A stretch of 45,100 nucleotides of DNA from Archangium sp. (GTDB lineage: Bacteria; Myxococcota; Myxococcia; Myxococcales; Myxococcaceae). The DNA is taken from NCBI GenBank assembly GCA_031367385.1, contig JANLPS010000057.1, positions 1 to 45,100 of the forward strand. The letters run 5' to 3'. Positions 1 to 8,372 of the stretch are shown here, in pieces (the first letter of the stretch is position 1; the number at the start of each line of letters is the position of its first letter). A model generated the notes under the pieces. It saw only the letters and a program-made list of their open reading frames with translations, had not been told where the DNA came from and made no database searches. A program made the position numbers and the translations under genes.

Positions 1-174
1 CGCCAGCGCCAACCCCAGCACGCCGACATCATCGAGCCACCCAATCACCGGCAGCACATCGGGGATGAGGTCAACCGGGCTCATCACATACAGCACCGCC
101 AACAGCCCGACCCACTTGCGCCACGTCGGCACCGACTGCGAGCGAAAATACCGGCCAGCGTGCAAGAGGTTCAT
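1..174 (-). CDS. YkvA/DUF1232 family small membrane protein (3' end runs off the window)
   Basis: Absent from the ORF track. Manual translation from ATG at 174 gives MNLLHAGRYFRSQSVPTWRKWVGLLAVLYVMSPVDLIPDVLPVIGWLDDVGVLGLALA..., which contains the DUF1232 signature YxxSPxDLIPDxxPxxGxLDD. Confidence 0.9.
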   Translation of the reverse strand, partial: MNLLHAGRYFRSQSVPTWRKWVGLLAVLYVMSPVDLIPDVLPVIGWLDDVGVLGLALA

Positions 175-244
175 GTCTTTGGGTACGCCTGACACCGAAA
201 TCAATTTCATCGCCGGTCGCGCGGGGGCAGAGTCACGGGTCTCC

Positions 245-1042
245 ATGGGCAAAAAGACCAAGAAGAACAAAGACAAGCGCTTCACCGACCCGACCCCGCT
301 TTCGTACGACTTCGAGGTCTACCCCGCTGGCACGCTCGACTTGAAGTCGGTTGATCTCGAAGGCTCGGTCATCACCGACAAGAAGAAGGCCGACGAAGAG
401 ATCGATGAGCTCAAAGAGAAGCTCTACGAGCTGCAGGTTCGCTACTGGCTCGAGAAGCGCCGCGCCGTCATCGCCTTCGAAGGGTGGGACGCCGCGGGCA
501 AGGGCGGGGCGATCAAACGCCTCACCAGCTTGATGGACCCTCGCGGCTACAAGGTCTGGCCGATCGCCGCGCCAGGTGAAGAAGAGCGCGCCCACCACTA
601 TCTCTACCGCTTCGCCACCCGCATGCCCCCCAAGGGCACCTTGGCCATCTTCGATCGCAGCTGGTACGGCCGCGTGCTCGTCGAGCGCATCGAGGGCTTC
701 GCCAGCGTCAAAGAATGGCAGCGCGGCTACGACGAGATCAACGCGTTCGAGCGCATGCACACCGACGACGGCACCACGATGGTGAAGTTCTTTCTTCACA
801 TCGATCAAGCCACCCAGCTCGAGCGCTTCAAAGATCGCGAGAAAGACCCGATCAAGAATTTCAAGATCGGCGATGACGATTGGCGTAACCGCAAGCACTG
901 GAAAGAGTACCTCGACGCCTACCAAGACATGTTCGATCGCTGTCACCGGCCCGACGCACCGTGGGTCATCGTGCCCGCCAACGACAAGCGCTTCGCCCGC
1001 CTCGCGGTGTTGAGAAAAGTCGTCGAGGCGCTCGACACGTGA
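245..1042 (+). CDS. ppk2: Polyphosphate kinase 2 family protein (single domain)
   Basis: Walker A FEGWDAAGKGG, FDRSWYGRVLVERIEG, DDWRNR and PW.IVPANDK motifs. Start placed at ATG 245 (MGKKTKK) because the upstream extension overlaps the divergent DUF1232 gene. Confidence 0.93.
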   Translation: MGKKTKKNKDKRFTDPTPLSYDFEVYPAGTLDLKSVDLEGSVITDKKKADEEIDELKEKLYELQVRYWLEKRRAVIAFEGWDAAGKGGAIKRLTSLMDPRGYKVWPIAAPGEEERAHHYLYRFATRMPPKGTLAIFDRSWYGRVLVERIEGFASVKEWQRGYDEINAFERMHTDDGTTMVKFFLHIDQATQLERFKDREKDPIKNFKIGDDDWRNRKHWKEYLDAYQDMFDRCHRPDAPWVIVPANDKRFARLAVLRKVVEALDT

Positions 1043-1599
1043 AGACGCTTTTGGTCGACGGGTGGTCGGTCGAGACCACCGCCGATGTCATTCGCCTCGA
1101 GCGCAGCACCCTCGAAGATCGGCTCGTCGGGCGCAAACGGTTGATCACCGCCATCGGCTCTCTGATGACCGCGCTCGCCCTCAGCTTCGGTGGCCTGCAA
1201 GCCCCCACCGGCATCGGGCTCATCGTCTGGCCCCTGGTCGGTCTGTTCGTGCTCGTCGCGGTTCTCGGGTTCTTGGCTTGGAGCCAGGCGCGCCTCGCCG
1301 TCAGCACGCCGTTGACCCTGGTGCTCGCTGGGCAGCGGGTGACCGGCCTGCGAGAGGAGCTGCTCACCCCCCTCGACCTGCCCTTCGGCGACATCGCCCG
1401 CGTCGAGCTCGTTCGCGAGCCTGGCCTCACCGTGCCGATCGCCAAGCTCCGCCTCGTCACCAAAGACCTTGCCCTGCGCTTTGCCGGGCCCGAGCTGATT
1501 CTGGCCTCTGATGACGCGAAGGCGCAGGTTCCCCACCTCGCGAAGCTTGCGCAATCACTGGCCCTTCGCCTGGGTTGCCCGGTGACACTGCTCGACTAA
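1039..1599 (+). CDS. Hypothetical membrane protein (two TM segments)
   Basis: GTG start overlaps the ppk2 stop (GTGA, 1039-1042). Two hydrophobic segments (LITAIGSLMTALALSF; IGLIVWPLVGLFVLVAVLGFLAW). Confidence 0.7.
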   Translation: MKTLLVDGWSVETTADVIRLERSTLEDRLVGRKRLITAIGSLMTALALSFGGLQAPTGIGLIVWPLVGLFVLVAVLGFLAWSQARLAVSTPLTLVLAGQRVTGLREELLTPLDLPFGDIARVELVREPGLTVPIAKLRLVTKDLALRFAGPELILASDDAKAQVPHLAKLAQSLALRLGCPVTLLD

Positions 1600-1656
1600 A
1601 GGCGCGGTGCGCCGTAAGTGAATACGTCGCCTCACCTGACGTCAGCGACCAAAACC

Positions 1657-2064
1657 ATGCGAACTCTCACGACCCTGTTTTTTCTCGCCGCCAGCACCAC
1701 CGTCGCGGGCTCTGGCCCGAAAGCCTTCGTGCTCGGGGGCGACCCTGCCAAGGGCGAGGCCACCTACAAGACCCTGTGCATCGCTTGCCACGGCGAAAAA
1801 GGCGCCGGCGATGGAGCTGCCTCAGCGGCGCTCAACCCCAAGCCCGCCAACTTCACCGACGTCAAGCACGCCGCCGAAGTGACCGACGAATACGTCTACA
1901 AGATGATCAAAGAGGGCGGCGCCGCGAACGGCAAATCGCCCCTGATGGTCGCGTGGGGCGCGGTGATCGGTGATGACGCCAAGCTGCGCGACGTGGCCGC
2001 GTACGTTCGGGCGTTCAGCAAGCCGCAAAAGGCTGCCCCCGGCCCCGCTCCCAAGAAGAAGTAG
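1657..2064 (+). CDS. Exported class I c-type cytochrome
   Basis: Signal peptide MRTLTTLFFLAAS..., heme motif CIACH, LNPKPANFTD and a distal Met in SPLMVAW. Confidence 0.9.
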   Translation: MRTLTTLFFLAASTTVAGSGPKAFVLGGDPAKGEATYKTLCIACHGEKGAGDGAASAALNPKPANFTDVKHAAEVTDEYVYKMIKEGGAANGKSPLMVAWGAVIGDDAKLRDVAAYVRAFSKPQKAAPGPAPKKK

Positions 2065-2568
2065 CTACGCGTTTCGCGAATGGCTGTAGCGCTCGATGAA
2101 CTCTTGCTGCTCGTGCGACAAGCGCCCGAACGATGACGCCTCAGCGAGCGTGTCGGTGAGCGGCCAGTGCTCGACCGCCAGGCGGTAGCAGGCCACGAAG
2201 ACGCTGGTACGGCCGTCGCCCCCCGCGCAGTGCACGTAGGTGGGCTGATTCTCGCCGGTGGTGACCGTCGCCAAGAACTGGTCGACCTGGGCCACCGTCG
2301 GGTGCCACCGATCGAGCACGGGCACATAAAACGCCTTGAGGCCCAGCTTCGGCGCGACCTCGGGGTCTTCGTCGCCCTCGAGGTTCAGGCTGACGATCGA
2401 GCGAAAGCCGTCTTGCTTCAGCCGCTCCATCTGCACCGCATCGAGGTTCGAGCCACGGGTGAGGGCGGTGCTGACCTTCATCGGAGCGCTCGGCTTCGGC
2501 GCTCGTGCATCGGCGACTTCAGCGAATGAGGCATCGCCCGAAAATGTCGGTGTCGACTGTGCTGGCAT
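2065..2568 (-). CDS. Protein-tyrosine/dual-specificity phosphatase superfamily protein (CX5R)
   Basis: P-loop YVHCAGGDGRT, preceded by GFRSIVSL and the PVLD acid loop. GGGGAG SD upstream of ATG. Confidence 0.85.
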   Translation of the reverse strand: MPAQSTPTFSGDASFAEVADARAPKPSAPMKVSTALTRGSNLDAVQMERLKQDGFRSIVSLNLEGDEDPEVAPKLGLKAFYVPVLDRWHPTVAQVDQFLATVTTGENQPTYVHCAGGDGRTSVFVACYRLAVEHWPLTDTLAEASSFGRLSHEQQEFIERYSHSRNA

Positions 2569-2622
2569 GTGGTGCTCCCCCCGTACTGACAGCCTGGCTT
2601 CGAGTTTCGTTTTCAGTGCGCG

Positions 2623-4227
2623 CTACAGCAACCCAGAAAAAGCCTTCAGCAGCATCTCTTTGAGGTTCGGCTGATACGACGTGATGCGCTTCGAGTTCAG
2701 CAAGTCGACATCGAACATCTTCTCGTCAATGTCCTTGGCCACCGGAGGCGCCAGCGAAAAAACATTGAGCTCGTCGTTGTACTCCAGGCTGCGGGCATCG
2801 AGGTTCGAGCTGCCGAACGTCGACCAGGTGCCGTCGATGGTGGCGATCTTCTGATGCGCCATTCGACCCTGGTATTCGTACACCTCTACGCCCGCTTCGA
2901 TCAACTTGGGGTAGCCCGCTCGCGCAGCATCGCGCAACACGCTCACGTCGTTGACAGCTGGCAACATCACCCGCACCTGAACGCCACGTTTGGCTGCATC
3001 GCAGATCGCGTGCGAGATGTCGGGGTCGGTAAAATAGGGGTTTGCGATGTTGATCTGTTTCTGCGCCGTATAGATGGCCTTCAAATATGCGGCCTTGATG
3101 TACGAGTCGTCGAAGCGGCCGGCGTGCGCGACCACCCGCGACTCATCGGGCCCGTGCATCGCAGGCTGGGTGCCCATGCTCAAATCGTCTTCGCGCAGCG
3201 CGCCGCCCTCTTGACGCCAGCGATCTCGCAGGGAGGCTCGCAGCTGATTGACCATCGGGCCTTCGATGCGGCTGAGCTGATCTCGCCACTCGTCGCGGTA
3301 GACCACGCCCAGGTTCATGCCGCCGGTGTAGCCAACCGTACCGTCGACCACGATGACCTTGCGGTGATCGAGGTTGTCGCGCAGCAGCCCGGTCTCTTTG
3401 ACGATGACCTCGACGCCGTTGGCCTTCATCTGGTCTACCATGCGCTGGGTGCCGTTCGGGTCTTTGTCGAACGAGCCCTGCCGGTCGATCATCACCCGCA
3501 CCTTGACGGGCGCGACGGTTGGGTCTTTCGGGTTCGCTTTCGCGCTGACCTGCGCGGCGAAAGCGAGGCCGACCTCGTCGGGCTCCCACTTGTACATCGT
3601 GATGTCGATGCTCTTCTTCGCGGCACCGAGATCTCTGGCGAGGCTCTCCATCATCTCGCGGCCGTCGGCCAAGAAGCCGATCGTGTTGCCGGTGGTCGGC
3701 ACGGTGCGGGTGACGGTGTCGAGGTACTTTGAATACGCGCCCCAATCACCCGCAACGGTGGCTTTGAGGTTCGCCTCGAACTGTTTCTTGATGCGCCGGC
3801 CGTCAGGGGCCTGACGAAGCAGCGCGCGCCCATCGACGGAGTGGAAGACGCGATCAAAATCTTCGGGCTTCTTGAACGTCTTCATGACGGTCGAGAGCTG
3901 CCCGCGCATGGCCCCTTGCTCCCGCTCGTCAGACGACGGCGCGTTGCCGAGCGCCTTCAAGAACCCCTGCACCAGCTCGATGCGGTCTTCGATGGGGAGC
4001 GAGGCGATCTGGGCGTCGCTCCAGTAGATGGCGCGCTGCGCGTCGATCACCAACTTCTCGCGTGGTGCTGCCGCTGGCGCGACGTCGGCCGTGCCGTCTT
4101 GCGGTCGCCACACGCCGGGGCCCGCACGGGCCACGTCGGGGTCTCCCCCGCGGGTCTTGCTGTCAGGATCTGGGTCGGCCCTCGGCACCGGAACACGCGA
4201 GACAAGGCCACGAATTTGCGACATCAT
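2623..4227 (-). CDS. Phospholipase D / cardiolipin synthase-like protein without N-terminal TM helices
   Basis: Two HKD motifs (HRKVIVVDG...GGMN; HQKIATIDG...GSSNLDARS) plus NPYF and WRD motifs. The first ~170 aa are a non-PLD extension. Start is 4227/4224 (ATG) or 4233 (GTG). Confidence 0.88.
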   Translation of the reverse strand: MMSQIRGLVSRVPVPRADPDPDSKTRGGDPDVARAGPGVWRPQDGTADVAPAAAPREKLVIDAQRAIYWSDAQIASLPIEDRIELVQGFLKALGNAPSSDEREQGAMRGQLSTVMKTFKKPEDFDRVFHSVDGRALLRQAPDGRRIKKQFEANLKATVAGDWGAYSKYLDTVTRTVPTTGNTIGFLADGREMMESLARDLGAAKKSIDITMYKWEPDEVGLAFAAQVSAKANPKDPTVAPVKVRVMIDRQGSFDKDPNGTQRMVDQMKANGVEVIVKETGLLRDNLDHRKVIVVDGTVGYTGGMNLGVVYRDEWRDQLSRIEGPMVNQLRASLRDRWRQEGGALREDDLSMGTQPAMHGPDESRVVAHAGRFDDSYIKAAYLKAIYTAQKQINIANPYFTDPDISHAICDAAKRGVQVRVMLPAVNDVSVLRDAARAGYPKLIEAGVEVYEYQGRMAHQKIATIDGTWSTFGSSNLDARSLEYNDELNVFSLAPPVAKDIDEKMFDVDLLNSKRITSYQPNLKEMLLKAFSGLL

Positions 4228-4249
4228 TTCCACCGTACTCAGGATTACC

Positions 4250-4268
4250 GCCGCTGAACACCAGCGGC
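4250..4268. repeat. Perfect 7-bp inverted repeat in a divergent intergenic region
   Basis: GCCGCTG-aacac-CAGCGGC, with ATTACCG direct repeats at 4244-4250 and 4282-4288. Function unknown. Confidence 0.4.
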
Positions 4269-4365
4269 CCTGAAGTCAATAATTACCGTTACAGCAGAAC
4301 CCACCATCCCCTGGAGACTCGACTGGAAGACACCCGCCCCGCGGCACGAACGCAACTGGCTCGTC

Positions 4366-5962
4366 ATGGTTTCGGTTTTCTCATTTCTTGGGGCGTGCGC
4401 CGGTGGCTCAGACGGCAAGAACGCCTTGATTCGACTCACGCCAGAGATGATGGGCAGCAATTGCCCCAATGGCGGCTTTTCGGTGAAGACCGGGCTCGAC
4501 AAGAACTCGAACGGTACCCTCGATGACGATGAGGTCGACGCGACCCAGACGAAGTACGCCTGCAATGGGGCGCCTGGCACTGCCGGGGCCACCGGCGCGA
4601 CGGGGGCAGCTGGTGCGACGGGTGCGACGGGTGCGACGGGTGCGACGGGTGCGACGGGTGACGCTGGTGCCGACGGTACGAACGGCGCGAATGGCACGAA
4701 TGGCGCGCCTGGCGACGCTGGCGTTGACGGGCTGTCGGCATTGACCGTGGTGACGAAGGAGCCTCGCGGTGCGAACTGCAAGTACGGCGGCACCCGCATC
4801 GACGTCGGGCTCGACACCAATCGCAACCGCGTGCTCGATCAGGGTGAGATCACCGGCACGCAATACGCCTGCGACAGCACGTCGATCGACGCGGTGTATT
4901 ACGGCAGCATTTCCATCGAGACCTTGGCTGATTTGACGCAGCTCGATGGCGTGCAGGCGATCATCGGAGATCTCTACGTAAACGTGCCCCCGGGCACGAC
5001 GTTCGCCGCCAACGAGCTGATCAAGGTGACTGGCACCATCGGTATCACGACCGGCACAGGCACTGGCGGTGGGGGCAACCAAACGCTCACTGGCCTGGTG
5101 AACATCAGCTTCCCGGTGTTGACACAGGTGGGGTACCTGTACATTCAGCGCCAAGAAGACCTGGCGACGCTCTCGGCACCGGTCTTGAAGAACGCGTACG
5201 AGATTCACGTTACCGAGAACCCGCTGCTCACCACACTCGATCTCGGTGCATTGGAGCGGCTCGACTATGGCTACTTCGACAACAACGACGCGTTGGCGTC
5301 GCTCTCACTGCCCAAGCTCATCTCGACCGGGTACTTCGACATCGAAAACAACAGCCTCCTCACGAGCCTCGATTTTCCCTCGATCAAGTATGTATGTGAC
5401 TGATGGGTTTCGAATTTATGGCAACGCTGAACTCGACAGCTGCCTGATCGCGCGCTTGTTTCGCGACACTCCGCGAAACCCGAACGGCGGGTTTGGCAAC
5501 AACAAGCCAGGCACTTGCACGCCGGTCGACGTTTGCAAGGAGATCACCTTGAGCGGGTACACCGACAAGGTCTACCAGTGCCGGGTCAGCAACTCGTTTG
5601 CCGGCTCTCGCGCGTATTGCAAGCAGCTCGATGCGAGCGCCGATTTGTACTGGGCCGAATCAACCGCGGAGTGGGCCACGTTTCAAGCCGCGGTACAGGC
5701 GGGCACCATCGCCGGCAACGCCTGGCTGGGCTACACCGACGAAGCGACGACGCGCCCCGATGGCAACGGGCCGTGGCTCGCGGTGAGCGGCTTCACCGGG
5801 TACGACCCGACCGCCGAGCCGAACTTCTGGGAACAGGGCGAGCCCAATGGTGGGAACAACGAGAACTTCATTCAGCTGTACGGCAATGGTCACGCCAATG
5901 ACCTGCCGGGCGGAAACGAGCTGAGTGCGCTCTGTCGCGTGCCCAGCCCCTCGGTGCACTGA
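4366..5962 (+). pseudogene. Frameshifted surface lipoprotein: Cys/Ca-loop repeats, collagen-like GXT stretch, L-domain-like beta-solenoid and C-terminal C-type lectin domain
   Basis: Lipobox LGAC; two NCxxGG...GLDxNxNxxLD repeats; (GAT)n; LxxL..FPxL repeats. The C-terminal half (ORF 5246-5962) has WLG, FWEQGEPN and ND..C lectin motifs. A duplicated TATG at 5389-5396 causes the stop at 5401-5403, and removing one copy gives a continuous 530-aa ORF (...SIKYVTDGFRIYGN...). Confidence 0.8.
4612..4656 (+). repeat. 9-bp tandem repeat (GGTGCGACG)x5 encoding collagen-like Gly-Ala-Thr
   Basis: Five perfect copies start at 4612, 4621, 4630, 4639 and 4648, with degenerate GXX codons on both sides. Confidence 0.95.
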
Positions 5963-5973
5963 AGGGGCCGCTT

Positions 5974-6909
5974 TCAGATGCCCTGATTGAGCGACTGGGC
6001 CTCAGCCAACCGGCGGTTCATGTTCTCGAGCGCCTCGCGGTAGAGGGGCTTGCCGAAAATCTGAATCGCCTGGTTGTAGTGCGCGGCGGCTTGCTCGAAC
6101 TCTCCGCGGGTCTCGAGCAAGACGCCGATGTTGTAGAGGGCCCCGGCGTTGGCCGGGTTCTGTGCGAGCAGCGCCGCCCAGGCCTGCTCGGCGCCCGCGA
6201 GGTCGCCGTCTTCGGCGCGCTTGATGCCGGGCTTGAGCAACTCATCATCGTCGTCGAACACGATTCGGTCGGTGACCATGCGCGGCGTGATGTCGCTGGC
6301 GAAGCTGCCGATGGCGTTGCGAACGGCGCGGTCGAGCAGCTCGAGCGGCGAACGTGACGGTCGTTTGCCTGCATCGACGACCGGGGCGGAGTCGCTGCCT
6401 TCGTAGTCGCGGTAGACCACGATGCGGCCGTCGTTCTTGACCACCTGAAAGTTGATGCGCACGTGCGCGAGCGGCTCGTAGCGGCTGGGCTTGCCCTTCT
6501 CTTTGCGTTCGACCTCTTGGTACTCGTATTGGGTCACGTTGGCGTTGAGGTACACGTCGGCGTCGACGATGCGGCGCACTTCTCCGATTTCAATCAGGCC
6601 GCCGAGGGCCGTGGCGACGAAGGCAGCGCCGCGGTTGGTCGCCACGACAAGGGTGTAGTAGCGATCATCGATCAGGCGCTGCTGCAGGCCCGCGACGACC
6701 TGGGCCACGGCCTGGGGGTCTCCGTTCACTTCGAGCACGGCGACGCGCTTGGTGTTGCCGAGGTTGTAGGTCGAAGGGGCGAGACGCGTGACGCGCATCG
6801 CGGGGGCGCAGGCGGTGCTGACCACCACGGCGAGGCCAGCGCAGAGGGTGAGAAACGAGCGAGAAACGGGCATCGGGGCAACTCCGGGGGCAGAGCGGTG
6901 TGAGGTCAT
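5974..6909 (-). CDS. Lipoprotein with C-terminal TPR repeats
   Basis: Signal peptide with lipobox STAC. C-terminal AEQAW...NPANAGALYNIGVLLETRGEFEQAAAHYNQAI is TPR-like. Alternative start ATG 6873. Confidence 0.8.
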   Translation of the reverse strand: MTSHRSAPGVAPMPVSRSFLTLCAGLAVVVSTACAPAMRVTRLAPSTYNLGNTKRVAVLEVNGDPQAVAQVVAGLQQRLIDDRYYTLVVATNRGAAFVATALGGLIEIGEVRRIVDADVYLNANVTQYEYQEVERKEKGKPSRYEPLAHVRINFQVVKNDGRIVVYRDYEGSDSAPVVDAGKRPSRSPLELLDRAVRNAIGSFASDITPRMVTDRIVFDDDDELLKPGIKRAEDGDLAGAEQAWAALLAQNPANAGALYNIGVLLETRGEFEQAAAHYNQAIQIFGKPLYREALENMNRRLAEAQSLNQGI

Positions 6910-6991
6910 GGTGTGGGCTTCGACGAAGGCCCGGTGGGGATATTCACGACACAGAAAACATCAATTATCGCATGGGTTTCGCCCCAGTGGC

Positions 6992-7162
6992 TCACTCCTT
7001 CTTGTGAACTTGGGCCGGGAGATTTCGCCTGGGCCGAACCAGCGCGACGACGAACGCCGCGATCGGCACGGGCAGCGCAATGAGCGCCAAGAGAAACAGC
7101 AATTTCGCCAGGCGAACGCACTGGCGCCAAACGGCGAGAACGCCGCGACGGAGAGGGGACAT
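6992..7162 (-). CDS. Small (56 aa) single-TM membrane protein
   Basis: MSPLRRGVLAVWRQCVRLAKLLFLLALIALPVPIAAFVVALVRPRRNLPAQVHKKE is the 3' part of track ORF 6992-7459. It has a hydrophobic core with basic flanks. Confidence 0.55.
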   Translation of the reverse strand: MSPLRRGVLAVWRQCVRLAKLLFLLALIALPVPIAAFVVALVRPRRNLPAQVHKKE

Positions 7163-7221
7163 GGGGTGCCTGGGGGTGAGAGACGGCAGATCAAGAAATG
7201 AGCGAGCGCACTGCGCTCTGC

Positions 7222-7503
7222 TCAGATCAACAGCGCTCGACTCACCAACAGGTACAGCTTCTCCCGCTCCAAGAGAAACCGGGGCGGGGGCGGCACTGCA
7301 GCCATGCAGAAGAACTGAGCATGGGCCGTTGCTGGTGCCTGCGGGCGCACCGAAGCGACGACCGCCGGCGACGCCGGGGCCTGCTGCACCGATTCGACGG
7401 CTTCGAGCTGGCCGCTCTGAAGTTGCGCCGTCACGCCGCTCACCATGAGAAGCGCGCACGTCACGCCCAGCTGAAGCCTTCGCAAAATCACCATCGAGCC
7501 CAT
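7222..7503 (-). CDS. Small exported-type protein (~90 aa) ending LYLLVSRALLI
   Basis: N-terminal basic/hydrophobic signal-like segment, Ala/Pro-rich middle and hydrophobic C-terminal tail. Start is 7503 or 7494. Confidence 0.55.
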   Translation of the reverse strand: MGSMVILRRLQLGVTCALLMVSGVTAQLQSGQLEAVESVQQAPASPAVVASVRPQAPATAHAQFFCMAAVPPPPRFLLEREKLYLLVSRALLI

Positions 7504-7524
7504 GGTTTCACCATGAAACCGTGC

Positions 7525-8357
7525 TCAGAGCCAAACGAGCGCTTTGACCACGACATTGTGGCCGTTCCACAGACCGTGGAGCGCGACCGACGGCCAAATG
7601 CTGCCGGTCAAACCGCGCAGGTACACATAGAGGGCGCCGAAGAGAAACGCGCCTGACGGGTGAAAGCTGAGGGCGAGCGGTTGGAGGTCGAGTCGCACCA
7701 TGTGCGTCAGCCCGAAGAGCAAGAATGAGACGAGCGCCCCGAGGCCCAACGAGGCGCCGGCGAACTGCACCCGGCGAACGAACAGCTCGTCGACCCTCGA
7801 TTGGAGCAGCCCTCGCCACAACAGCTCTTCTTCGACCGAGACGACGACGAGTTGAAACACCAGCGCCTCGATCAACGCGCCACGAGGCTCGCCGATGGCT
7901 TCTCTTGAAATGACGCCGGCCCAGCACAACCCGAGCTCGGTCAAAACGAACGCGCCGACCACGCCAACGATGATCGCCAGCGAGCGGCGAACACACTTCG
8001 CTCGCAGGTCGAGCCCGAGGCCGAGCTCCCGCCACTTGCCTTCGCAGACCCACGAGGCCACGAACAGCACGAAGAAACCAGCGGCGACATGGCCCGCGCT
8101 GCCGAACTCAGAGCGGTCGGGAATGGCCTCGACCGTGTACCCAGCACTCAGCGCAAGCCAGCTGAAGATCAGTGCGGCGCTGGCGCGTTCAGCACTGCCG
8201 CGAATGAGCGCCGCCACCCACCTGGCGTGATGGCGAGCAGCAGAACGCTGACGATTGATGGCCCCCACACCACGCCCAGCGGCCAGGGGCAGGCCGCACG
8301 CGCGACCATCGCGATGGCGAGGCAGCAGACGAGCTTCGTGCGTTCAGTCAGCGCCAC
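7525..8357 (-). pseudogene. CPBP (CAAX protease/Abi) family intramembrane metalloprotease with a probable 1-nt frameshift near 8222
   Basis: EEELLWRG, LFGLTH and SVALHGLWN motifs are in ORF 7525-8268. Hydrophobic ORF 8169-8357 starts 16 nt after the mrcA stop with a GAAGG SD and joins the catalytic frame if one base is added (277 aa). Confidence 0.7.
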
Positions 8358-8372
8358 GGCCGAGCCTTCGAG

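Noticed and set aside
2623..4227. PLD-family nuclease of a defence system
   Set aside because: Two HKD motifs with cardiolipin-synthase-type flanks (GGMN, WRD, NPYF, NLDARS) indicate a lipid-acting PLD. No helicase or methylase partner is present.
4612..4656. CRISPR array or non-coding repeat
   Set aside because: The 9-bp units have no spacers and are in frame within a collagen-like coding stretch. No cas genes are in the window.
5401..5403. Selenocysteine or stop-codon read-through at TGA
   Set aside because: The continuation is in a different frame, and the 4-bp duplication explains the break.
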